From: Azolla caroliniana
Taxonomy: Eukaryota > Plantae > Polypodiophyta
Reading direction: 5' to 3'
DNA length: 64,000 nt
NCBI GenBank assembly: GCA_043228905.1
Contig: JBHGNT010000014.1
Span: 18,290,001-18,354,000 of the forward strand
Shown here piece by piece: positions 51,232 to 61,600 of the stretch (positions are counted from its first letter, which is position 1; every line of letters starts with the position of its first letter). Below the pieces are notes generated by a model. That model was given only the letters and a program-made list of their open reading frames with translations, was not told the origin of the DNA and ran no database searches. The translations under genes and the position numbers were made by a program.

Positions 51232-53466
51232 TGTCGTGAAGAATTTTGGCCAGAGGCGGAAACCGGGAAACATTGGCTACATCGGCGGGGTGCAGCATGT
51301 GTACGCACCCATGTACATTTAGTGTGAATATTGGGGGCGCCTTTATGGCGCCGAAGAGTAGTTAAGTCGGGACAGACAATCCCATGTAAGTCGGGATTTG
51401 TCCCACATTGTAACGCATCCCTTTCCTTGTTCTATAAAAGGAAGGGAACGCCCTTTGTGAAACAGTTGCCCGTTTTGCATTAGAGGGTATACCGTTAGGT
51501 TTAGAGTTAGGTTTTCTTCTTCTCCTTCTTCCCCTTCGTGTTTGCTTAGGGTTTGCTTTGGTTCGGCCTCCTGTGCAAGACCCCGCTCGGCGCGACGAGC
51601 TAAGAGCTCCCCGACGGCGGCTTGGCAGTTGACGACTATTGTAACCTACCTCAGTCCGGCTCGATGCCGGGAATGTATTCTTCCCTTTATATATATATAT
51701 ATATATACGTTTGTCTGTGTATATTCGCGTCGTTGTTGGCATCGGGTGCTTAACCTCTCCTACGTTTTTTGTACATAAGGCGTGAGTCGGTGTTAAGCAC
51801 GCTCTCTCTCTCTCTCCCTTCGGGTGCTTCTGGGGTGCTTCCGGGATGCCCCAGAAACAGTGAAGCATGACTTCCTACACTCCGTCTCTCCCTAGTCCAA
51901 GACCCCCGTGGTCCCGCCTTTCTCCACGCACGCGCGTAACAACGCGACATATTTGGTGAACCCGATGTGAAAGGCAGCAAGGGAGGATGGAGTCGGAAGA
52001 CGACGACCTTGCGAAGATGGTGGCTGAAGTGGTGTTGGAGTCGGCACGAGTGGTGATGAGGCGAGAAGCAGCGCAACAGGCGGTTGAGCGAGTGGTCGAA
52101 AGAGTCGGCCATTTCAACGGGGACGAAGTCCCATCTTACTTGGAAGCCTTCAATGCGGGAATGGAGGAGCGTGGCATAGACGAGGCGTTGAGGCTGGAGT
52201 TCTTCTGTCGGGTCGTGGTTGTCCAGATGCATGCGGAAATAAAGGAGCTCTGTGAGGCTCATAGTTCGTGGGAGGCCTTCGAAGAGGCGCTCCTGAAGGC
52301 ATACGGAGGACGGCGGAAGAGCCGGGGACGACACGACTTTGACCAATGGGTAGCATCGGCAAAGACCCACCGGGGCACGACGAAGGCGTTCCGAGAGTTC
52401 GAGCGACGGCTTGCTCGGCTCCCAGAGCGGGAACAAGGGTTGGTGGGGGCGAACAAGGTCCTATTGTTCGTCAGGTCGATCGACCGAACGGAACGGGAGG
52501 CCATCGGGATTGAGCTCGAAGACGATGATGGAGCGAATGGGCTTACGGAGGACTGGTCGAAGGTCGGAAGGGTGTGCCAATGGCTAGACAACGAGCGAGC
52601 CGAGAAGGCTAAGAGGAAGGTACGCGACGGCGTGCCATCACAGCGGGAAGAGGCCGAATGGCAAAAAGAGTCGGTAAGGGTCGGCGTTGGGGCCAGGATT
52701 GCGGAGGCGTACGCAGCTCTCGAGGCGATGCTCGAGGAAGAGGAAAGACAGGAGCCGTAAGCCGAGACTGAGAAGACGGACTTGCGCCACGCAACGGCAG
52801 AAGATCGGTACCACGGTACCATGGGAGAGGGTGCGGAACGAAAACGCCCTCTCGATTTGCGGAGAAAGAACGGCCAAGGACGAGGCCGAGATACTGATTG
52901 CGGAACCGGAACGTTGGGACCAGCGGTTTCGGGCGTGTTAGCCCGAGACCCCGGTCGTTGGAGAAGCGAGCCAAGACGGGGCTTGCGCGATCGGTAAGAA
53001 GACAACCACCGACCACGAAGAGTCGGTGGCTACGGACGGGCGATTCTTTGTGTCTTCCCACATTTGCTCCCGAGACGATGGCAGTCGGGCCCGAGTGCCC
53101 ACGTAAGTCCCAAGCGGAGGAAGGCGGTGGCGATAGACCAAGAATCACCGGCGAGACGATACGGGGAAGGAACGGACGAAAGCCCACGGACCCGATTCCG
53201 GAGATCTCGGCATTCGGGCCCGTATGCCCATGTAAGACCGAGGAGATGGATGGCAGTACTGAGGAGTCCTGGCACGATGCCAGCGAATTCGGATGGGAAA
53301 CGGCCTGCGAGGAGGCCGAGGACGGCAGCGGCACGAGGAGATCGGCATTCCGATACGCGTGGAGCGTAATCCGGTCGTGGACCGTTCAATCAAAGCCGGA
53401 TTCGGCATAGAGGTGCCGATACGGGAGAGGGTGCGGGACGAGCCGCCCTCTTTTTCATGGGGAGAA
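51232..53466 (+). mobile_element. Nested gag-only Ty3/gypsy-type element: 5' LTR 51232-51949, tRNA-Trp PBS, gag, PPT-like tract, 3' LTR absent
   Basis: LTR TGTCG...CGACA; PBS TGGTGAACCCGATGTGA at 51954-51970; purine tract ATGGGGAGAAAG near 53457-53468. It interrupts the copia RT/RNase H frame at ...PVGLLSQFMQ. Confidence 0.8.
51987..52760 (+). CDS. Gag-like protein of the nested gypsy-type element (257 aa)
   Basis: ATG just after the PBS; capsid-like GHFNGDEVPSYLEAFN...RLEFFCRV...WEAFEEALLKAY; open frame; no pol downstream. Confidence 0.7.
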   Translation: MESEDDDLAKMVAEVVLESARVVMRREAAQQAVERVVERVGHFNGDEVPSYLEAFNAGMEERGIDEALRLEFFCRVVVVQMHAEIKELCEAHSSWEAFEEALLKAYGGRRKSRGRHDFDQWVASAKTHRGTTKAFREFERRLARLPEREQGLVGANKVLLFVRSIDRTEREAIGIELEDDDGANGLTEDWSKVGRVCQWLDNERAEKAKRKVRDGVPSQREEAEWQKESVRVGVGARIAEAYAALEAMLEEEERQEP

Positions 53467-53859
53467 AGACCGACCGGGCGAAGGTCGAGAAAAGGAAAGA
53501 GAATGAAAGTCGGTCCTATGGGATTCCTTACGCCGATCCGGCCGTTGTCCCGAGTGCCGACGAGAGTCCGACAAGAAAGATCGGTGGCGATAGGAGAACG
53601 AGACTCGGCAATCCGGGGGGAAGACGAACAAACCCGAGCGAGAACCGGGCGGAGCGAGAGATAGGCACAAAACAAATCGTTATATTCCAATAGCAACAGT
53701 TACAACGAATGACAACAACCTTTTCTAAAGGTTACAAAGTCACTTTATATAGTGATTGTCCTAGGGCAACTGCCCTTTATGCTATTTACAGAAATAGCCC
53801 AAACTTGGGTTGTCCAAAGGGACAGTGTGAATACGGCCATTATACACTTATATTCGACA
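53467..53859 (-). mobile_element. Partial LTR of a third element, opposite orientation
   Basis: The minus strand starts TGTCGAATATAAG exactly where the copia GAG-pre-integrase frame (..KGVVI) breaks. It contains CTATATAAAG (TATA-like) and a downstream AATATAA. Confidence 0.5.
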
Positions 53860-54057
53860 ATGACGACTCCTTTGCATCACCTTGCGTTTGTTGAGATTGA
53901 TATGGCCAATTCTTTTATGCCATAACTCTACTTGGGTTGTCCAAAGGGACAGTGTGAATACGGCCATTATACACTTATATTCAACAATGACGACTCCTTT
54001 GCATCGCCTTGTGTTTGTTGAGATTGATATGGCCAATTCTTTTATGCCATAACTCTA
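53803..54057. repeat. 127-bp tandem duplication spanning the LTR/copia junction
   Basis: ACTTGGGTTGTCCAAAGGGACAG...CCATAACTCT starts at 53803 and again at 53930, with few substitutions. Confidence 0.9.
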
Positions 54058-56499
54058 TGTCGGTGTCGGGTTTGAGGCCCTTTGCAAACATGGCCGATTT
54101 TTACCTCGTTCGACTCAAGGATAAACATTCGACCTTCCCTTCGACCCCAAGTGATGAGTCAGCCTTCCTTCTCGATGAAGCAACCACCTTGGTTGAATCT
54201 AACTTGCATCCCTTGCTCCACAATTTGGCCAAGCAAGACCAAAATTTTCATTATGGTGGGTACATGTAAGACATTTTTTATGCAAGTTTGTTCGCCATCA
54301 TTCCCAAATGGGACATTGTTGACATGCTGAATCGATGAGTAGTGTCGTCTCCGGTTTCGACATAGTCGGGTTGATCTAGCTTTCGCAAATCTCAAAACCA
54401 TTCTTGATGAGATGTCATATGGTTTGAGGCACCGGAGTCGACGAACCATACATCTTCCAGATTGGAGGCACTAGTTGAAGTAGAGGCTGACATAGATTTG
54501 CTCTATGTCTCATCACAAACATTCCGCCATAGTCTTCATAGTCGGAGTTGGTGGCGTAATTGGTGATTTTTTGGCTTGTGGAAGCTTACTCACCCTTCTT
54601 CTTTCGATGCTCTTCTTCGTGGTGGCCGATTTTTCCGCAATATCCACATTCGTTCAGTTTTGTCGGCTTGGACCGGCATGGAAACTACCCCTTCTTCCGA
54701 ACATTCCTCTCGGGTTTCCCATGTATTGTCAGTAATAGGAGTTGTTTTCATAGGTCGGAGCTCGTCCACCTCGTCCTTGGCCGAATCAGCCTCTTCTTGC
54801 TCGACTATGTGCTCTTCCTCCATCCGAGTGTGTGTAGAGCATGTGGCCTTCTGAGGCATTGCTCTTAGTTCAAACATGATTTTCTTCAACCAATAGCATT
54901 GATTGAAGATCGAAGAAAGAGGGAGGATTCTCCTTGCTAGAATGACGGTTCTCATCACATAGAACCGTGGTGAGAGGCCACTGAGGCATATTTGCACCAT
55001 CTCGTCGTCATCCATATTGACGCTTATTGAGCCGAGCGAATCACAAAGCTCCTTGATCTTCAAGGTGTAGCTTGTGATGGACACGTCCCTTTGTTGAACA
55101 TTGTTCAACTCTTGGTGGAGTTGAAGCTTTCTTGCGGTTGTGTTGGCCGCAAAAATCTTCCTTAGATTCTCCCATACTTCCTTTGGCGTCGTGGCTTCTC
55201 GAATGTAGCCGAGCATGTGGTCATGAACACATGTCACCAAGCAATACATTACTCGACTCGTTAATTGCTCCCATGTTGAGTAATCGGCGTCCTTTGGGTT
55301 AGATCGATTTTCTTGTGCTCCTTTGGTGTAGCTCCAATAACCTTGATCGACAAGGTATTGGTGCATCTTGTACTCCCAAGATGCTGAAGTTGTTTCGATC
55401 CAACTTCTCACTAGGGAGATCGCTCCCCATTTGAGTATTCATGTTGTTTGATGTAGATTTCTTCCTTCTTCTTCTCTTTTGAATACGAGCTATGTAGTGG
55501 CACTACGATAGCGATGAACCAAATTTCTTTGAATCGTCAGCGTAGACACAACACACGCGGATGGGCTAGATCGAGCTACCAAAGCGCTCTGATACCATCT
55601 AAAGAATCGTGACATGATTTTGTGCAATGGAATAGGTTAGAGATGTGTGTTGTGTATGTGTGTGTTTGAGCAGAGCAGAGGAGAGAGACACGAGATAGAT
55701 AGAAGATAGAATACTCAAGAAGATGTATATTACAAAGGAGATTAACCGACACATTACAAAGTAGGAGGGTGCTTTATATAGTCACCTTCTCTCTTCATTA
55801 ACTACCAAAGCTCATCGGTCATTGGGAATGTGGAAACTCATTTGTTATGTGTCATAGAATATGATTCTATGACACATAGTTAATGTGTAGAGAGTAGTGG
55901 TGTGACTTTTGACCTTTGAGTGTTCATACACTCTTAAGGTGTGTTCACACACTAGACTAGGTTGAGCTTGATTCTCAACAAGTTTAAAGCAAGAAAGTAA
56001 GTACTACAATGATATGTTAACCTTGTCTAAAAGGATCAACAACGATGAATGTCTATCAACTCAAGGTTAAACTAAAATCTCTTAGGATCTCATTTCTTTC
56101 TATTATAGGGAGTCAAAATTGTGTCTTTAGGTCTCTTAGCTTCAAATCATAGTAATGAAGGTGCGTGTGATGTTATGATAAGTGTAGGTTGAGCTAAATT
56201 TTGGTTCTTGAGGGTAACCTACCTTCGTTTGATTCCATTTGGGTTGTATGTGCTAAATTTGGTTGTTGTTGCTCATCATTAGATGGTGGTATTGATCATA
56301 ACATTAAGATGTTGGTCTAGAAATTCCCTTTCAACATAGTCTATGTTGGTCATCTAGTGAGATGTGGATAGTGTTTTTATGGGTCACGTGAATATTCTTG
56401 AAAGTAAAGTATAGTTTGACCTTACATATCTAAAGTTAAGTTGGCTTTATATGTCAGGGGCGAGTAAGGAGGGGGCAAAGCCATGTATATTCACGTGTT

Positions 56500-57242
56500 A
56501 TCAACGAAAGCAACAATGCCTTGGTGGATCATGTACTTAAAAGGTCACATTTTATTACTAAAAAGGGTGTTTACCATGTCAAGGATCTAATGACATATGG
56601 TCATTTGACATCGTTGAATGCAAGTAAATACATAAAAAATACATATGCAAAGGAGGATATAGTGGAAGCCTTTCACATAGTTCCTCCTCGTATACAAATG
56701 GTTCAAACTTTTCTAATATATAGTTTGCAATTTAGGGATGATATTATTTGGAAGACAATTTCATCTATTTTGATGTAGGTAATTTGGAAAGTGCGATGTA
56801 CATCAGTTTTTGAGAACGTCACTCGTGATGTTTCTATTATAATTGCTAAATTCTGGTTGTTACATATTCATACCTTACTTGGTAAGTACGAAAGTTTTAC
56901 AGGCAATGTTGATGCCATTTTCAGGAAGCAAATGCATTTTAAAAGGTTATGGGATTCAATGGTCATTTTTAGGGAAGATGAAGATCACATAATATGGATG
57001 TATATTGTTCCTATCATTTTGGGAAACAATGTCTACTAACTTTGTTTATGGACTTAGTTGCAGTTTGGGAGGAGTAGACCATAAAAATCTTAGAGATATG
57101 GTGTACAAATATGTGTAGTTCTTGTATATACACATCAAATCAGGCACAATGGACTCGATTGGTATACTCCTTTATCCAACACAACTTTTGTATTTCTTAT
57201 GATTTTATAATACCAAGGTGTATCTCTTTAGGGAAAAAAAAA
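56500..57242 (+). mobile_element. Old LINE 3' fragment with poly-A
   Basis: IIWKTISSILM*VIWKVRCTSVFE...FWLLHIHTLLGKY...FKRLW...IIWMYIVP resembles the ORF2 C-termini at 19620-19880 and 9975-10200. An A-run lies at 57234-57242. Confidence 0.65.
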
Positions 57243-57840
57243 CATTGTAACACCACTCTCAAAAAGAAATTCGGCATAAAATATATGATTTGGTCCATGA
57301 TTGCATGGCTTTTCCATTAATAGGGACACACAATCATTTACACGATTAAAACTTCGTTAGTAGCTCCATAACTCTCTCAACGAATCAAATCGCAACCAAC
57401 AAAGTATACTAATTGCTTTTAGCATGCTACTTTGCCATTAATATAAAGATTATCCTTATGGCACTATTTAACTTAGGGCGTTACCAATCAGGATAGATCT
57501 TCAACGAAGACACGTTGCCACCAAAACATGTAGAATCACTTTAGAAGCAATTAGCCACTCTGATTTGAAATTGCCACCACACTAATCACTTATAGGAAAA
57601 GGTAAGGCAACACCTCTTATTCGTGTCCCAAAACTTCATTTTGGAAAGAACTTTTGGATATATGGTCTTATTACTATAGCCACCTCATATAATATATCTA
57701 AAGTTTCAATTGGGTTAGGTTTTGGGGATCATGGTTTATGGACTCTATGGATATCACATAAGCACGTGGTCTTTAATCAACATACTCTATGAATTCTTTT
57801 TCTTCTTCAAGAATTCACTCCATGAATTCTTTGTTTTGTA

Positions 57841-58095
57841 AAGAGCCTACCAAAGTGGTAAGTTGTTACACTACAAGCACTCTATGTCTTAAGTTTGAAG
57901 CCCAAATTTTCTCACCTCTCTATTACTTCGTACATGATCTCTTAATTTACAAGATGTCATTGTGCAATGTCGGCGTTAAACCCATTGACCTATTGGTCTC
58001 CATCGCCGATGCCATGGTGGAATGTAGGCGTTAAACCCATGACCTCTGAGTATCCATTGGGGGTAGCCTTACCAATCGAGCCCAACCCGAGCTAC
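57841..58095. repeat. Second, more decayed copy of the convergent double-tRNA repeat
   Basis: Shares AGTGGTAAGT..ACACTACAAGCAC..TGTCTT, CTCACCTCTCTATTA, AATGTAGG..AACCCATGACC and CCTTACCAA with 28148-28332. The minus-strand head is partly duplicated. Confidence 0.7.
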
Positions 58096-58377
58096 CTCCA
58101 GTTGCAACCACTAACCCAACAAAGTACTTAACTAGATCATTCAAGACTTAGAGCCAAACTGACAAGCATTAGCAATCGATACAGAATGATCCGAGCCTGA
58201 TTGAGTTCCATATACATAGTTCCATGAGGTCAGACATAGGGCATGGACGAGACAGATCATCAAGCGTTTGGTGAATGGCATGGTGGGGGGGGGGCACGGA
58301 TCGAAGAGATTACATTGGATCGGATCGGATCAAATCTTCGGGAGTAAATTTTCTTCAAAACACAGGAAGCTCTCTAA

Positions 58378-58551
58378 CACCATCACCATCACCATCACCA
58401 TCAAAAGAAGAAGAAGAAGAAGAAGAAGTAAAGAAGAAAGAAGTAAAGAAAAAAAGGAAGAAGAAGAAGAAGAAGAAGTAAAGAAGAAAGAAGAAGAAGA
58501 AGAAGACTCAGAAGAAGAAGAAGAAGAAGAAGAAGAAGAAGAAGAAGAAGG
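58378..58551 (+). repeat. (CACCAT)n followed by an interrupted (GAA)n tract of about 145 bp upstream of PRP40
   Basis: Read directly from the sequence; it ends about 80 nt before the ATG at 58630. Confidence 0.95.
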
Positions 58552-58629
58552 AACAGAAAGAAGCAGCAGGCGAAAGGCGTACTTCCATCGAGCTGCCTCC
58601 TCCTCATCGTCTCCTTCTTCTTCTTCGCC

Positions 58630-61600
58630 ATGGCTGGGATATCCCCTTCTCCTCTTGATCTTGCCTCTGCTCGTGGCCCCCCTCCTCCCCCTCCTCCACC
58701 CTGGATGCAAGGTTCGTCTCTCACTTCACTTCTCTTCTCTTCTCTTCCCTTCCATTCTTCTTCTCTCTGCTCTCTGCTCTCTCTCTCTCTCTCTTTTGTT
58801 TCTTGTCGTGATTCTTTCTCTGTGTTTCTTTCCTGGTGTCTCTTCTTTTGTGCGACCTACGTTGGCGTTTCTTTCTTTATGCTTCTCTTTGTGCCTCATC
58901 TTTGTTGATTCTATTCCCGTTTCTTTCTTTATGACATTTCTATTTCTCTTTTCTCTTTGTATCTTTATCTGGCAATTTGGAGTTCTTTTGTTTGAAATGT
59001 TGGTCTCAACATTTTATTGATGACGATACAATTCTGCTGAAAAAATGCTTGTTATTTTCGTTTGAAATATTTATCTTTTTGTGTCTTTGCTTATATCTAT
59101 TCTCAGCATTGCACTAATGAAGATATGTTCTCTGTCAGGAAAATTGGGTGTGAATGTCTTGTCATAATTTTTCTATTTTTCTATGACGAGTTATGGAGAG
59201 GGTACATCTCCTTTGTACTATTCAGACTACATAGAAATAACAATGCCTGGGAAAAGTACTAATAAACCTAAGTTTACTGGTATTTCTGCTAAAAATCTTG
59301 CCTTTGTTTCTGTTGATGATTACATTGTGAGACATGAAGAAGCTACCTCTCCTCTCGTACTAAAATTCAACTTCATGAGAAAAACAAGTGAACTTTGGCT
59401 GAAAAAAACGTTTCTTGCTAAAAATGTACATTTTCCCGTGTCACATTTTTAGATATGGAGGAGCTATCATTCCCCTTGTTGTGATCAAAACTTCTTGACA
59501 AAAACAAGTGAACTTTGGCCGAAAAATCTACTAATCATATTATATGGACTCGTCATACTTGTGTTTCTATCGGTTTTACTTGCTGTGAATTTCTGTTGAA
59601 ACTTTTGGTTTGCAAATTATGGAGGGGTTGCCTTTCCTCCTGAACTAAGCGAGATACATGGAGAAGTCATTTCTTCGTAATTTGTATCAACATTATACTG
59701 ATCAAGCTACAGTTTTTAGCTGGAAAAATTTCTTGTGTTTCCACAATATGGAAGCTACCTGAGAAGATAAAGGTTTTAAATATCGAGCTACAAGTGGTTT
59801 TGTTGATATTCTGCCTGTAAATTACTTTTTGAATTTTCGTTTTCGAATTATTGCCTCTGCAGGAAACTTTGTTATTCCATCTGTTTGACTTATCAAGCTA
59901 CATGGACTACTTATGCCTGTGTTTCTGTTAAGTGTTTTTGCGTATGCATTGTGAGTTTTGAAAAAGCTACTTTCTCTTGTATTCCGTTTGACTGAAGAGA
60001 GCAGTGTTATATATAAATACAAATCTCAGTATTTTTGCTTCATATATTATATTTTCTAATTCAGGTCCTGCTACACAAAATGGGTCTGGACCTTCATCTG
60101 TATTGCAACCTTCTCTTTCAGCACCACCGGTACATTTGCCAGACACTATTATAGATCATCTAAATTTTGCCGGGGGGGAGATAAGCAAATGCATTTGAAA
60201 CTTTATAGAAACTAATCTACTTGATCTTTGATTATATATGTATTTTCAGCCTCCACATAGACCGGTTTTAGGCGGTTCGCCTGCAATAGCACCACCTTCA
60301 GGATATGCTGCCATACAGGTATTCAAATAATCATGAAGATTTGTAATCTCTTGCATTATTATACTGCCATACTAAGCAGTATCCTATTGGTTGTAATACA
60401 GTTTAGACCTGTTGGCTCATTACCACCACAACCAAGTCCAGCATTTGTGCCATCTAGTGCACCACAATTTCGACCTGTAGCTCCCACTCCAAGTGTATCA
60501 TCGAATTTGTCCATGCAGTCACCAAATATGCTAGGTATGGGATCTCCAATGCAACCACAAACAATGCAGTTTCCACAGGGTGTGCTACCATCTCAAGGGA
60601 TATCATTTAATCCACCACAGAGACCATTGCCAGGACCCATACAAGTGCCACAAGTTAACTTTCTACCTTTAGGAGCTGTAAGGGTCACACCACCTCCTAG
60701 TTTTACGGTAAGGGTTCAAGCTTCAAGTTGCTTTAAATGTTCTGATTCCACCCAACATTAAATGATATGATTTGGATATTTATCTTTATATTGCAGTATG
60801 CTACTCAGAACTTTGGAGTTCGCCCTGCAACAGTTCCAGCTGCTGCAGCACCGCTGCAAGTTCACCCACCACCTTCCATGATGCAACAACCATGGAACAT
60901 GGCACCTTCGGGTCCTCTGCAAACAGGACAAACGGGTCAGCAAAATTCTCTTACAGTGAATTCAATCTTGGTAAGCATTTATCTATCGGGATGCTGGATA
61001 TGTGGGGTTAATGGATTCAATCTTCATTTAGTCATATAGCTTTTCACCCTTTCTCTATTGTGAAACATGTCTGTTCATATTGCTTCTCGATTTCAACCAG
61101 GATCAGACAGGATCAGATTGGCAAGAGCATTCTGCTCCAGATGGAAGAAGGTAGAAGCACATGTTTAATTGCAGGCTCTTTCGATGTATAATCCATCAAC
61201 ATTTACTGACATGGCCACCATTGGTGACCATTTAGGTATTATTACAACAAAATAACAAAGCAGTCAAGCTGGGAAAAGCCTACGGAGCTTATGACACCAG
61301 TGGAGGTGTGTTATTTATGTTTATATTTTTTGTTGACATTAAGATATAATAGTGCACATGTATTTCAGGCAGTTTCTCTATCATAGTTTTTAGATATGAC
61401 TAATGTTAGAATGCATTCAGGACATTGTCACACGAGTCAATAGATGTATTTCATCTGTTTAGCTAACTTGCAACACACTCATGATATTACAAGTCATAGT
61501 TTATAATGTCATTTAGGCTAGTCAATTATGCTGACAAGACATCGTTCTTGTTTGCACAGCGAGCGGATGCTTCAACAGTGTGGAAGGAATTCACAGCAGC

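Larger units (their letters stand above)
50140..55980 (-). mobile_element. Ty1/copia LTR retrotransposon, defective and interrupted by nested insertions
   Basis: LTRs at 55598-55980 and 50140-50525; TSD AGTTT at 50135-50139 and 55981-55985. PBS TGGTATCAGAGC (tRNA-iMet) ends at 55597, and PPT AAGGGGGCA adjoins the 3' LTR. Coding remnants: gag 54590-55411, protease WFVDSGASNHMT near 54420-54448, GAG-pre-integrase LWHKRIGHIN, RNase H DADW..DRQST..STEAKY..RTKHI. Integrase and most of RT are missing. Confidence 0.95.

Noticed and set aside
51362-53696. Many overlapping ORFs on both strands
   Set aside because: GC-rich retroelement DNA has few stop codons. Only the gag ORF has recognisable features.
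58268-59020. 250-aa Glu/Lys/Leu-rich ORF and its antisense ORFs
   Set aside because: These are translations of (GAA)n and CT-rich intron sequence. The real gene starts at 58630 in another frame.
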